From Mobula hypostoma (taxonomy: Eukaryota), in assembly GCF_963921235.1 (NCBI RefSeq), contig NC_086097.1, positions 149,484,001 to 149,548,000 of the forward strand: 64,000 nucleotides of DNA, read 5' to 3'. Positions 27,366 through 40,678 of this stretch are shown here, piece after piece. A model generated the notes under the pieces. The model was not told the DNA's origin. It searched no databases and saw only the letters and a list, made by a program, of their open reading frames with translations. Position numbers and translations under genes: made by a program. Position 1 is the stretch's first letter; every line of letters starts with the position of its first letter.

Positions 27366-28259
27366 TAACAACCGTACTATTTTCATTGGTTTTAATATTC
27401 GCAACATCCTTTTTCAGGAAAACTGGTCTGCACAGCAGTCTCTATGCATTTTTTTTTCTGGATTTCACCAACTACTGCCTGTGACCTTAGTGTTGCTAAG
27501 GATCATTTTATCTTGGAGAAAATCCAAACAAATAAGCTTGATCAGCTTCTTGCAAGTTTTCGCTGAAGTATTTAATAAATGTAGTCCTTAAGACGTGATT
27601 TTGAGCTTTGGTAGCCCCAGGAACTGGATTGATTATTTCCTGGAACCTGGAAATTTTGTTTGCTTCTTTGTTAAATTACTGCACTTTTGGGACAAATATA
27701 TTGTCTAAAACCGTCCCATCTGTATCAGAAAATTCCCAGAAACTTGGTTCTCAAAAGAAACTCACAACACCACAGCACATAAATAACTCACTTTTGAAAG
27801 AGCTTCAAGTTTGCCCCATTCTCATGCTCTCCCCTCATCCCATTTGTGTTACATAGGCTCCACAGGACAGAAATAGAATTTAACTACTGAATCTGTTTTC
27901 ACCGCCATTTCGAACAGTGTATTTCAGATCATAACAACTTGCTGCATAGAAACACTCATGGTGCTTTGGTCCACATCCAAACTTTGAACATAATTAGTCA
28001 TAACAGTCAGCACTCTCGGGAGACTTTCAGTGTATCATATTGTGTTTGAATTAACTATAGTTGCCAGATGAGTGAAAGCTGTTTTTAAAATAGTGGAATA
28101 CCCAGTTTCCACATACAGATGTTTTCAAATGTGTTCTTAATATAATCAGTTGGATAAATGAGCCTTTTTACATTCCATGTTGTATTTCCATTGAAAGATT
28201 GCTGCTATTTGAAATTAAACTCAAGAAAATAAGTATAAACATAAATATTCACTTTGCAG

Positions 28260-28375
28260 AATGTTCTGGAAACGATATGTGCAACTTTTTAACGTTGTTC
28301 AGCATAGGAGACCAGTACAAGTGTGAACTTTACAATAGCTCAGAATCTAACTTGCTCTGCAAAACATTTGGGCAG
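28260..28375 (+). CDS. TG: Thyroglobulin exon 24 equivalent (type-3 repeat)
   Basis: tttgcag| ... GCAG|gtaagg; 116 bp, phase 1-0. Encodes ECSGNDMCNFLTLFSIGDQYKCELYNSSESNLLCKTFGQ; Cys spacing matches human DCTEDEACSFF...SCDFY...NVAC. Confidence 0.93.
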
Positions 28376-28709
28376 GTAAGGGAAGTCATTTTTGCTCTTT
28401 GATCCAAATTCTTGATATCCCTAACAAATCTGATACTAATGTGAATGATATAATGCACTATCTTTAGGGGCAAGAGATAGGAAAATGTCACTACCATCAA
28501 TCCTACTATGGTTGTAGCATATTGTCAGAAACAATCATCAATTTCCTCTGACTTATTTAAAGCTAAGAAATCAATGTGAAAGATATTGGAAATATTGAAC
28601 ATGACAAATAAAGTTACATTAAGTGCAATTGGTCTGACTTCTGAAAATCCGTAGGTAGTCAGAAAATAAAGTTTAACCAGTGTTGAATTTGAGGAACTAG
28701 AGAAAATGA

Positions 28710-29260
28710 AAGTAGGACACACAAAATGCTGAAGGAACTCAGCAGACCAGGCAGCATCTATGGAAAAGAAAGTATAGTCAACGTTTCGGGTCAAGACCCT
28801 TCAGCAGGACAGCAGAGGAGTCAGAGTTTAAAAGGTGGAGGGAGGGGAGAGAGAAACACAAGGTGATAGGTGAAACCGAGAAGTGGGGTGTAGGTGATTT
28901 AGTAAAGAGCTGGGAAGTTGGTTGGTGAAAGAGGTACAGGGCTGGAGAAAGGAGAATCTAATAGGAGAGAACAGAAGGCCACGGAAGAAAGAAAAGTGGG
29001 AGAAGCACCCTAGGGAGGCGATGGGCAGGCAAGCAGAGAAGGGGTGAGAGGGAAAAGGGGATGGGGGAGGTGGAGGGAGTGGGCCATTACCGGAAGATTG
29101 AGAAATCAATGTTCATGCCATCAGGTTGGAGGCTACCCAGATGGAAAATAAGGTGTTGCTCCTACAACCCAAATGTGGCCTTATCACAATGGCAGAGGAG
29201 GCCATCATTAGACATGTCAGAATGGGAAGGGGAATTAAAATGGGTAGCCACTTCCCATTC
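28710..29260 (-). mobile_element. Penelope-like 3' fragment with mutated hammerhead (28776-28810)
   Basis: Reverse complement of the GIY-YIG C-terminus and tail of 47593-49013. Confidence 0.8.
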
Positions 29261-30189
29261 CATGCCAGCATGTCTATCCATGGCCTTCTGCATTTTGTGT
29301 GTGTTGCTTGGATTTCCAGCATCCGCAGATATTCTCTTGTTTGAGAATGAAAGTAGGAGTTATTTAGGTGAAAGTAAACCACCCCAGCTCTGTGATATGC
29401 TTAAAGACATTTAAGCCTAGAAATTGGAATGAATGGCAGATTTATTTATTTATGGAAATCCTTTTTTTAAACCAGATTATGCCAAGGTAATCAATGAATG
29501 GCCTTCAGGAATTTGGCCAAGGAACTTGCATTTGGTAATTCTCTATAAGCAGCTCATGTCATCATGGACATAGTGGCCAATCTGTAATTACCAAATTGAA
29601 TAGATATGATGAAGGTTCTCTATCCAATGATTCATGTGTTACTCTATAGCAGCTACATAAATTACTTCCAAAGTTTTACCTCCAATCCCTCTCCTGAAGT
29701 CATTTCCTTAAATTATGCACTATTATTTACATTGGCTTCCATCAGTATTGTTTTTCAATGAAAATACCTCTCTCATATCTACTCTATGGGCTATTCATAG
29801 CTCTAGTCCCAAGCCTGTGTCCTTGACTCCCTAACTGTACTTTGAAGTATCCCAGTATGCCTCTCTGCCTTATTAAACTACTGCTATTGGCTCTTGAAAT
29901 CACCTCAGAGCCATTAGGGGATAAGGATTAAATGTGGCCTTGCCAGCTTTAACCAGAGATGGTATTCCACATCTCAGAATATAGACGGTTGAAGGCGTGA
30001 CTATCTATGATAGTATAAAGGAAGTACAGGATATACAAGAGACACTAAGTGAAGAAATGCAGTATTCTTAAAGAGCTGTAGAGCTGCGAGAGGTCACAGA
30101 GCTAGGAGGGTGCTGACGTCAGGGAGAAATCTGAAAACCGGATTAAAATAAAGTTATTTGGTCAAAAACATAACTCATTATTAGTTAAC

Positions 30190-30535
30190 AGATACTAAAT
30201 GCTAGAGGAATTCAGCAGGTCAGGCAGCATCAATGGAGAGGAATGAAGAGCTGATAGTTTGGGCCGGGACCCTTCATTAGGACTGGAAAGGAAGGATGAA
30301 GCCAGAATAAGAAGGCGGGGGGAGGGGTAAGAATACAAGATAGAAGGTGATAGCTGAAGCCAAGTGAGGGATCAGAAGGTGTGTGGAGGAGGGATGAAGT
30401 GAGAAGCATAGAGGCGAAAGGCTGATAAGGTAATGGGCTGAAGAAGAAAGAATCTGATAGGAGAGGACTATGGGAGAAAGGGAAAAGGTGGGGGACCAGA
30501 GAGGGTGAGTGACAGGCAAGTGAGAGAAAGGGGAA
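30190..30535 (-). mobile_element. Penelope-like tail fragment
   Basis: Reverse complement of the pyrimidine-rich tail with a degenerate hammerhead at 30249-30284. Confidence 0.65.
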
Positions 30536-30536
30536 A

Positions 30537-30776
30537 GAGGGATGATTGATAAGTTCGTGGCCTACAGTAAAGGGAGTCAATTTTTTAAAAAACCTAGCAC
30601 ATTTATTTTTCAACATAGTCCCCTCCTACATTTACACACAGAAAGTGTCCACAGCAGGGGTGATTGATAAGTTCGTGGCCTAAGGTAGAAGGAGATGAGT
30701 TATACAGCTATCGTTACATGGAAAAAAAACTCATCTCCTCCTACCTTAGGCCATGAACTTATCAATCACCCCTCGT
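30537..30776. mobile_element. Non-autonomous Tc1/Mariner-like element (MITE) with internal palindrome
   Basis: The TIR-like motif GAGGGGTGATTGATAAGTTCGTGGCCTA occurs at 30537 and 30656, and inverted ending at about 30775. Confidence 0.7.
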
Positions 30777-30942
30777 CTTATGCCAGTTGTATATTATCCT
30801 CCTTGTACACTTTCAGCCTTTCTATCCAGTTCTGTATTTCACTGCAAGTCAGTTACTAATCCTTAGTGGTATTGTATGCTATGTTAAATTCACTGTTGGT
30901 TGTTTATTATCATATTTTTATTTTATTTGGCTTTTTTATTAG

Positions 30943-31051
30943 AGTCAAGGTTTCCTGGGGAACTCGGCTACAGTCAGATATGAAGGGATCAGTTGTGAGT
31001 TCAGAATCAACAGCAGTGGTGAGGGGAATCTAAAGGTCTACAGGAAAAAGG
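30943..31051 (+). CDS. TG: Thyroglobulin exon 25 equivalent
   Basis: ttttattag| ... AAGG|gtgagt; 109 bp, phase 0-1. Encodes SQGFLGNSATVRYEGISCEFRINSSGEGNLKVYRKK(G), versus human ...LGNSKATSFGSLRCQVKV...VYLKKG. Confidence 0.93.
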
Positions 31052-31904
31052 GTGAGTATTAATTGAAAGCTAATAACACGAATGATCAGTAGTTACGGAC
31101 TTGTCTATAACATGGACAGGATGTTTATTATTTTCTGTGCTTTTTTTTGGAAGGGATTTAAAATCTACATAATCATGAAGCAGAAGCGAAGTTTAATATT
31201 GTATTACTGATGTGCTCAGCCAATGGTTTTAACTATCTATTGAATCAATGGACAAAGATCAGTATTCGTAAAAACACTTCCATTTTCCCCCGCTGACTTG
31301 ACTGTCATAATTCTCGATATCCTCAAAATACCTTGATTGATCATAATATAGAGAAAATTCTGGATTCACCTAGCAGGTCAGACTGAAGAGAATGCAACAA
31401 CGTTAACATTTCAGGTTACTAGCCTTTAGTCAAAACTGAGAAAATTCAGAAAGCAGGCATGTTATAATTGGCTAGAATTCTGAACACAGCTCGGGGAGCA
31501 GCAACAGAGAGAGAAAAACTGAGCTGCAACAGAACTCGTCAAGGATGGGACATACTGCGGATGTTGGAAATCTGATAGAAACTATAAAATGCTAGAAACG
31601 TGCAACAGTGTGGCAGCACCAAGGGAGAAAGAAACAGAGCTAATCAGCTAGTACCTGAAACCAGGTATTCGGTTGTGTAAATTCAAGTGCTTTTCCATTG
31701 AGACAATAAAGGTACTTGTCGGTAATTGTATCCTTGGCACAGATCCAAACATTCCCTAATTTAAGTACTTCCAAAATATTCCATTCTTACAAATGCTGGA
31801 GGAATTTAGCAGATTAGGCAGCATCCAGGTTAACTGTTGTGATCTGAAATGTCGTCTGCCCATTTCCATCCATAGGTACCGCCTGATCTGCTGATTTCTT
31901 TCAG

Positions 31905-34900
31905 CTTAAGACCACAAGATATAGGAACAGAACTGGGCCACTCAGCTCATCAAGTTTGTTTCACCACTCCACCATGGCTGGTTTATTACTCACTCAACCC
32001 CATTCTTCCACCTTCTCCCTGAAACCTTTGACAAACTGACTAACCAAGAAACAATCAACTTCTGCTTTAAATATTCTCAATAACTTGGCCTCCACAGTCA
32101 TCTGTGGCAATTAATTCTATAGAATCACCCACCTCTGGCTAAAGAAATTTCTTCTCATCTCTCATCTCTAAATGGACGTCCAACTATTATGAATCTGTGC
32201 TGTCTGATCCTAGACTCACCCGCTATGGGAAATATCCTTTCCACATCCACTCTATATAGGCCTTACAATACTCGATACGTTTCAATGAGCTCTCCCCTCT
32301 TTCTTCTAAACTCCAGCGAGTACAGGCCCAGAGCCAGCAAATGCTGCTCAAACATTAACCCTTTCATTCCTGGAATCGTTTTCATGAACCTCCTCTGGAT
32401 CCTCTTCAATGCCAACACATCTTTCCTAAAATAAGGGGCCCAAAACTGCTCTTTACTCCAAGTGTAGTCTGAACAATGTCTTGTAAAGCCTCAGCATCAA
32501 ATTCTTGCTCTTGTGTTCTAGTCCTCTCAAAATGAATGCCAACATTGAACTTGCCTTCCTTGCCACTGACTCAACTTTGAAAATTAACCTTTAGGGAATC
32601 CTTTACAGATACTCCCAAGTCTGTTTGCACCTCTGCCTTTTGAATTTGCTCCCTATTTTTCAGGGTATATATTGTATACATTTCTCTGACATTAAATTGG
32701 ACCTTTGAACCTTTGGTTAGAAAATAGCCTTTGTCTTTATTCCGTCTACCAAAGTGCATGTCCACTTCCTTATACTATATACCATCTGCCATTTCTTTGC
32801 CCATTCTCCCAATCTGTCTAAATCCTTCTGCAGAGTTCCTGCTTCCCAACACTACCTGCCCTCCATCTACCTTTGTACCTTCTGCAAACTTGGCCACAAA
32901 GTCATCAATTCTGTTATCCAAATTGTAGATATATTACATGAAAAATGTGGTCCCAGTACCGACCCCTGTAGAACACCACTTATCACTGGCCATTTACTCC
33001 CACTCTTTGCCTCCTGCAAATCAGCCATTCATGCTAGTATCTTTCCTGTAATCCATGGGCGCTTATCCTGTTAGCAGCCTCATGTGCAGCACCATCTCAA
33101 AACCCTTCAGAAAATCTAAGTGAACAACATCCATTGACTCTCCTCTATCTATCCTATCTGTTATTTCCTCAAAAAAAAATAGGATAGATTTGTCAGGCAA
33201 GACTTCCCCTCAAGGAAACCATGCTGACTTTGGCCTACTTTATCATGAGCCTCCAAATACCCCATCCTTAATAATGGACTCCAACATCTTCACAACCTAT
33301 GAGGTCAAGCTAACTGGCCTATAACTCCCTCCCTTCCTAAAGAGTGGAGTGACATTTGCAATTTTCCAGTTCTCTGGAACCATTCCAGAATCCAGTGATT
33401 CCTGAAAGGTCATTACTAATACGTCCACAATCTCTTCAGCTACCTCTTTCAAAACACTGGGATGTGGTCCATCTGGTCCAGGTCACTTATCTTCTTTTAT
33501 GCTTTCCAGCTTCCCAAGTACCTTCTCCTTAGTAATAACAATGTCACTCACTTGCGTCCCCTGGCACTCTTGCATACTAGCGTTCTGGTAGTGTCTTCCA
33601 TAGTGACTGTTGTAAAATACTTAAGTTCATCAGTCCAATTAATTGTCACCTATAACTACCTTTCCAGTGTTGTTTTTCAGTGGTCCAATATCTACTCTCA
33701 CCTCTTTTACTGTTTATATATCGGAAAAAATTTTGGTATCCTCTTTGATATTTTTGGCTAGTTCACCTTCATATTTAATCTTTTATCTCCTTGTTGTTTC
33801 TTTAGTTGCCTTCTGTTGGTTTTTGAAAGCTTCCCAATCCTCTACATTCTCACTAATCTTTGCTATATTATATGTCTTCTTGTTGTGTATGTGGCCATTT
33901 ACACAACAATATCAATAATAAAAACGCTAGAGACTGGAGCTAAGTTAACAGGGGCTTTTACTTACGGAACCAAACTGAACACATATATACAGATCAATAC
34001 GCACCTAATAGCGCATGCTCAATAACGTGTTACTTCGACATACAATAGTCCCATATTATACAGTAGGCTATATGGTACACCTCTTTTTTTGCTTTTAAGC
34101 TACCTTTGACTTCCCTTGTCACCCACACTTGCCTCAACTTCCTTTTAGAATACTACTACACCTTTGGGATGTATCTATCCTGTGGCTTCTGAATTGTCCC
34201 CAGAAATTCAAGCCATTGCTGTTTTGCCATCGTGCCTGCCAGTAACCCCTTCTGATCAATTTTGGCAAGTTCCTTTTTCATGCCTCTGTAATTCCCTTTA
34301 CTCTACTGTAATGCTGATGCATTTGACTTTATCTTCTCCCTCTCAAACTGTGGGATGAATTCTATCACATTATCACTGAATCCCAAGGATTCCTTTACCT
34401 TAAGCTCCCTAATCAAATCTGGTTCATTAAACAGCGCCCTATCCAGATCATCCCCAAGCTGCTCTAAAAAGATCTTGTAGGTATTCTACAAATTTCTCCT
34501 CTTGTGATCCAGCACCAACCTAATTTTCCCAATCTACCTGCATATTGAAATCCATCATGACTCTCATAACATTTCCCTTACTATGTGTCTTTAGTATTTC
34601 TCATTGAAATTTATATCCCACATTCTGGCTATGGTTTGTGATCTGCATATGACTCCCATTGGGGCCTTTTTACCCTTTCAGTTTCTTAACTTTACCCACA
34701 AGGTTTCTACATCTTCCAATCTGATGTCAACTCATTTTTTTTAAACAACAGAGCCACCTCACCCCCTCTGCCTACCCGCCTATCCTTTTGATGTCATGTG
34801 AATCTTTGGATGTTCCCAACTATGATCTTCTTTCAGCTATGTTTCAGTGATGCCCACAACGTCACACCTTCTAATCTCTAACTGTGCTATAAGATCATCT

Positions 34901-35100
34901 TCCTTATTCCATATGCTCCAAGCGTTCAAATACGACACCTTCAGTCCTGTATTTATCACCTTTTTCAACTTTGCCCCAAGATGCTCATCCCACTGACAGC
35001 AATTTTTAGCCTATCATCTAGTCTATCAATCCCCACAGTCTCATTACACACTTCATCGACTGCTGTACCAGTTGCTTCATCCTCAGTCCTACCACTCCAG
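31905..35100 (-). mobile_element. Decayed CR1 LINE
   Basis: Colinear and similar to the 5190-9420 copy (same subfamily). Confidence 0.88.
33881..34079. mobile_element. Short solo-LTR-like insertion in CR1
   Basis: TGTTG...GTACA termini; flanks CTTCT/CCTCT form an imperfect 5-bp TSD; the CR1 sequence resumes after it. Confidence 0.55.
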
Positions 35101-37199
35101 TTCCTATTCCCCCACCAATTTAGCATTTTGTGTGTTGCTCTATAGCAGCATCTCTAGTCTCTTGTGTCTTCATCTCCATACCTCATTCTTAGTTTTCCTT
35201 TTCTGCAAGAGTTAAAATACCCAGAGGCAGAATTTAGTTTTAGCCTAATTCCAAAGCAAAATGTTATTTTAAGGCAATCCCCGCTTAGTCTCTCTTTCTA
35301 ATTCTCTGGTGCTACCTCCCCCTTCAACCAGATCACTGTTTTTACATATGTCACCTTGGTTTTTGTAATTTTTGTTTGCTTTTACTTCTTGGGTTTCCCA
35401 TAGACTTCTTCCTTTATTCATTTTTCAGTATCCGCCCTGAATGGGTTTTCATCATCAGTAGTTTCCATCTCAACTTGCCATGTTCCTTTTTTCATTTCAT
35501 TTCTAATATCCCTTCAACCACTTCTCAAATCTAATTTCATAATCACCACCCCGATCATTTTCTCTCACATGATCTTTCTACTTCCTTTCAAATGGTCACA
35601 GGCAGGACTGTATCTGACCACTTCCTTGCATCCTGTACAACCATGCTTCAATCTCCTATTCTTGTGTATTTGCTCTTGGATACATTTGCCCACAGTTCAC
35701 TTTTTCTGAATGTGGTTTTGCATTTTCTTGCTGGAAATTCCAGAAGGCACAGAGTGGGTATATAGTCAAAATCTGCTCCCACAGCTGGGTTATCCAACAG
35801 TGGAGGCCATAGGTTTAAGATGAGGGGGAAGGGAGTTTAAAGGGGATCTGGAATGAGCTGCCAGAGGAGGTGGTGGAGGCAGAAATGGGAAGAACATTAA
35901 AGAGACAATATGACTAAGCAAGAATGAGAGGGGTATAGAACTAAAGCAGGGAACTGGGATTATATAAATAAGCATGCTGGTCCACATTGACATGATATTC
36001 CAATGTTGTAGAAATCGATGACACAAAGGCTCAGTGTTCTGACAGTGGAGAGTGTACTCATAAAGCTGAATGCATCATTTGACCAATACCTCTCTTAGTA
36101 ACTGAGTGAGCTGTGCTCAAAACATTCCAGATATTCCATATCGAGCCACATTCATATTGGAGATACAGTAAAAATGATGGTCTACTTTGTGATGGGTTGC
36201 CGTGTGTGTGCTTGGCACACGTACAAGGAAAATTGGAGGGACAGCGTCTGCTCCATTTGAAATGTTGCAATATGGTTAATGTGACTGCTGCAGGGTTGGG
36301 AAAGACTACAAACTCACTATCTGCAGAATGGAAGTTAAGAAGGAAAAGAAGGAGTAATGCCTTTGTGATGGAATTTAAGTGTCCCAATCACAATCAGATT
36401 GTCAGAATTATATTATTCTTTAACAAATAACTAAAAGTTATCACATGTTTGTAATTTTTTTTGCTCCACTAACCCATTTAAAATAAATTAACTCTGTAAA
36501 AATATTAAAATTGTTACATTTTTGGAATTTACTCATTAATTTTACCAGCAGCAGCTTGTATTCCATTATCTTCAATCTTTTGGTGGCAATGTATGATCTC
36601 ATTGATAGAAGTGCTTTGGGATATTTTGAAGGATGAAGCTATGTTTTAGCAGATATTTCCTCTCTTCTTTATTCCTTGATCTGTCACAAGCTGTGCTCCC
36701 TTTGTGGTTAGTTTGTGAGTGTCCTGTTAGAGCCAGCTTTTGTTGATTCTTCTTTTTGGGAAGAATTCAGCTGCTTCTGAAATAGTTTGCAAATGGAACG
36801 TTTTGTGTTGTCATGCATGAATGCTTGGAATAATAAGGCAGGTAACTTGCATTTGAATGGTCTGAAAATGCTCCACTGCTTAGAAGGAACATTCCTATAT
36901 TAGAAGCATTTATTTTGTTGATACCAGCATCAAAAGAGCAAATGCAGTTTGTCAGGAAGCAGATTGGAAACAAGGTTTCTGCAGTTAAGATAGGAATGTT
37001 TATATTAAAATCAGATAAATAGGCATGGGCAAAGTGAAGTTCAAAGTTAACTGAGGTTTTCTTTCCATAGGTCAGTTAGTTTTGGCAATCAATATTGTCC
37101 AGTCTTTTAACTGCATGCTCACAGTTTGTTTTAAACCAATGAAGGTTCAAGATTCAGAACAAATACTCATTTTCGTGATCATGTGAATTTGGTATTGGT

Positions 37200-38990
37200 G
37201 ATTATATGGCAACAAAGTTAAGACTTAAAAAAAAATCTGCTGGGATCAGACAAAACGGGATTTTGGGAAGGTGCAGAAGAACATTTAAGAAAGAAATTGG
37301 GAGAGCAAAAAAAAGGCAATGAAGTATCCTTGCTAAGTGAGAATAAGAGCCCCAGGTCATTCTATATTAGGAGTGAACTGGTAGAAGGAAAAATGAGTTC
37401 CCTTCGGGACTGTTATGAACTGTAACAGTTTAGAAACAAACTGGCAGCAATAGAGTCTGGTTTTGATGTTAAAACCACTATCTTTATTAGTATCTACTTA
37501 TAATACAGCAACTTAACCAAGATAAACAAAAGTTAAGGGGTGTGTGTGTGTGTAAATATAACTCCCAAACTATTGAGCTCGGGGGAATAAGGCTTAAAGT
37601 CTTGAGATGGTAAAGTATGAAAGTTCAGTTCATCCACAGAATAAATCGTAAGAGAGAGATATTTTTAGTCCAGGGTAAATGTAAAGAGAAGGCAATTACG
37701 TCAAATTCCACAGGTTCCACAATGGTAATTAATAAATATCAGTTGTTGAAGATCTTCCGTTGAGCTGTTACAAATCCACATACGAATTACCACCAGAATG
37801 GTCTGTCACAGGGATGTCGTCTTAAAGGGGTTACCACATAACATAACCAGGCAAGGGTTAACTTCAAGTGGTTCCACAGGACATTCCTTAATCCACTCCT
37901 ATGGATTATATGAAGTGCAGCCACACATTCGATGAGCACTGGATCGATAATCAACCCACCCTTGTGGGTATAGCGGAGTTCCAAGTCCCCAGCTTCGACA
38001 AGCCGGAGCTGCTACCCTTTCCAGGTTCTCCCCCCTCCCCCCTCCCCCCTGACTGTGACTGTCTGTGTCCTTGTTTTTAAAGGTAAACAAGCTGCGCGTC
38101 AGTCAGTGAACAACATCATAATCCTGCCTCACTGAAGCGCTCTTTTAAAGTGACAGTCCACAGTAAACGAAACCTGTGGGTTTGTAATGGGGACTAACAG
38201 GCTAACCTATTTGTGGAGCCAAGAGAAGAGTGGTCGGTAGAACCCAAATGAATATTAGTTATCTGTATTCACCTGGGTGAAGGAATGGTAGGATAATTAG
38301 TCCAGAGGTGGTAGTATACATTGGTACTCTGGAGAAAATCATGTTAAAATGGTGGAGCTATTAGAGTTCATGGAACATATCAAGGTGGATAAGTACCCAG
38401 GGCTATATGTGTTCTATCCCAGAATGGGATGGGAAACAAAGGAGGATATTGCTGGGCCCTTAACAGTGATTTTTACATCTTTGTCAGCCATAGGCAAGAT
38501 AACAGAAGACTGGGGGACAGCTATGGCAGCAGGGATGAGATACATAACTGTAGGTCCTGAGCCTTACATCAGTGGAGAGAACGTTTTTGGAATATATCAA
38601 AAGGACAGGACTCGTGTATACTTGGAAAGGCAGTGATGGATCAGGGACAATAAGCATGTCTTTGTGAAGTGGCTATCCTGTCTCACTAATTTGAGAGGGA
38701 ACAATGGAGATGGATGAAGGCAGTGATCTGAAAGAAGTATATAAGATTATGAGGGGCATAGATATTGAGTCAAAATTCATTTTCCTTCAAAGGGATATCT
38801 AAAATAAAAGGGCACGTAGTTGAAGTGAGAGGGAAGGTTTTTGAATGAGTTCTGAGGAGTAAGGTTTTACAAAAAGAATAGTTGATACCTGAAATATGCT
38901 GCCAAGGAGGTGATAATTATTAATCAGATTATTATGTTTAAGAGATGTTTATATACACACTAGGGGAGGCAAGGCATAGAAAGATATGGA
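37200..38990 (+). mobile_element. Old CR1 fragment interrupted by a solo LTR
   Basis: IKVDK.PG...YPR motif and degenerate CR1 3' end. Confidence 0.7.
37411..38189 (-). mobile_element. Solo LTR (779 bp)
   Basis: Begins TGTTA, ends TGTAATG; perfect 5-bp TSD GGGAC at 37406-37410 and 38190-38194; AATAAA on the minus strand at about 37483. Confidence 0.7.
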
Positions 38991-39672
38991 CTCTTTTATT
39001 TAGGGATGCAGCATCGTAACAGGTTCTTCTGGCCCAATGAGCTCATGCCACTCAATTATACCCATGTGACCAACTAACCTACCAATCTGTACATCTTTGG
39101 AATGTGAGAGGAAACCAAGGTGTCCAGAGGAAAACCAGAAGGTCATAGGGACAATGTACAAACTCCTTATAGAGAGTGACAGGACTTGAACCCATTTTGT
39201 TGCTGCTGTCATAGTGTTATGCTAACTGCTATACTACTGTGCTGTCTGACGGGATCTACTGTGGATAAATGGGATTGAATGTAAATGGGCAAAATGGTTC
39301 ACGTGGAGATGGTAGGCCTTAGGCCAGGTTTGTATGTTGTACCACTCTGACTCCCAGGTGAGAAACTTCAGTTTCAACAACTTCGGGAAAAGAAAAATCT
39401 TTGGGAAATTTGGTGTGTTTAAACATCTCATAGCAGTTACTTGCTCTCTATAGTGTCATCGAATTCTCCTATGAGAAAGTGGAAGGTCCCCATTACGCAG
39501 TGAGTTTGAACTCTTCCTTTGAATGGTACCTCACTTCTCTGTCATATCAAGGATAGAGCTTTAACATCAGACATAACTTTACATGGGAAAAATCTATTGG
39601 AATGGGAGATGGAGGTTATCCCCTGGACTGGGTACTGTACTATATGGAGGTGATCACCCTCAGTAGCTGACG

Positions 39673-39708
39673 AATCCTGACGAGGTGTCTTGGCCCGAAA
39701 CGTCGACT
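39673..39708 (+). ncRNA. Hammerhead ribozyme motif in a short Penelope tail remnant
   Basis: AATC-CTGACGA-GGTGTCTTGGCCC-GAAA-CGTC-GACT; core intact, stems partly mismatched. Confidence 0.55.
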
Positions 39709-40160
39709 GTACTTCTTCCTGCGTTCCACCAGCATTTTGTGTGTGTTGCTTGAATTTCCAACATCTGTAGATTTTCTCGTGTTTATCCTCATTAGCTTAT
39801 CAAATTTCACAGACAATAACTTTTGAACTTAATTGTCTCAACATTGAGTAGAGTCTCATGTAGTGTTTGTTCCCTCTAAGCAGATTCTTGAACAAACAGA
39901 TCTATTGAGGTTGAATGATTTGATATTAGTCTGTGTATATTTTGTGTCATAACCTGGAATGCTCAGCTTGAAAGCCATGTGAAAAGAAATTCAATGTTTA
40001 TTTTTCAAAAGTGAGTTGAAGAACAGAAAATTGGAGCCACAGGAAAATAGATGGATGAACTATCAATTGTGCAGTTTTGAAAAACTGGCGCAGGAGCAAT
40101 AAACTAAATAGTCTTCTCCTGTACTGCAAAATTCAATGTCTTGTTCTTAATTTTCTCTAG

Positions 40161-40358
40161 GTCAAGAATTCACCACTTCATTTCACAAGACCTTTGTGCG
40201 GACAGATTATCGTAATGTAAATACAGGAGTATACAAGGCTATCGCATTTTCTGCAAATGCATCAAGCTTAACAAACGTACATCATTTCTGTCGGCATTCC
40301 TGTGGGAAGGAGCAGTGCTGTGATGGATTCGTGTTGAGTCAGTTGTCGCTTGACAGAG
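40161..40358 (+). CDS. TG: Thyroglobulin exon 26 equivalent
   Basis: ttttctctag| ... AGAG|gtacaa; 198 bp. Encodes GQEFTTSFHKTFVRTDYRNVNTGVYKAIAFSANASSLTNVHHFCRHSCGKEQCCDGFVLSQLSLDR, versus human ...FSASGANLTDAHLFCLLACDRDLCCDGFVLTQ. Confidence 0.96.
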
Positions 40359-40678
40359 GTACAACAACTCAAAAGATTTTGAAGAAATATTGCAACGGGC
40401 AATATTAATTTTCTGCAGTCATTGGTTACAGTCATATAGAAAAGTGTGATACAGCATATAAACAAGACCTTTGGACTGACATATTAACTATTAATCACTG
40501 GTCCGTACTATTCTCATTTACCAGCACTTGGTCTGTGGCTTTCTATTCCCTGAAACCTTCATTGCTGCACTAAAGATGTCTTCAGCTGTCTTAGATGATG
40601 CACTTAAAAATTAAAGGGCTTCAATCCTTGTTACTACATTAGAAGGGGATATCTTCTGGACTGGATACCACATTATAT

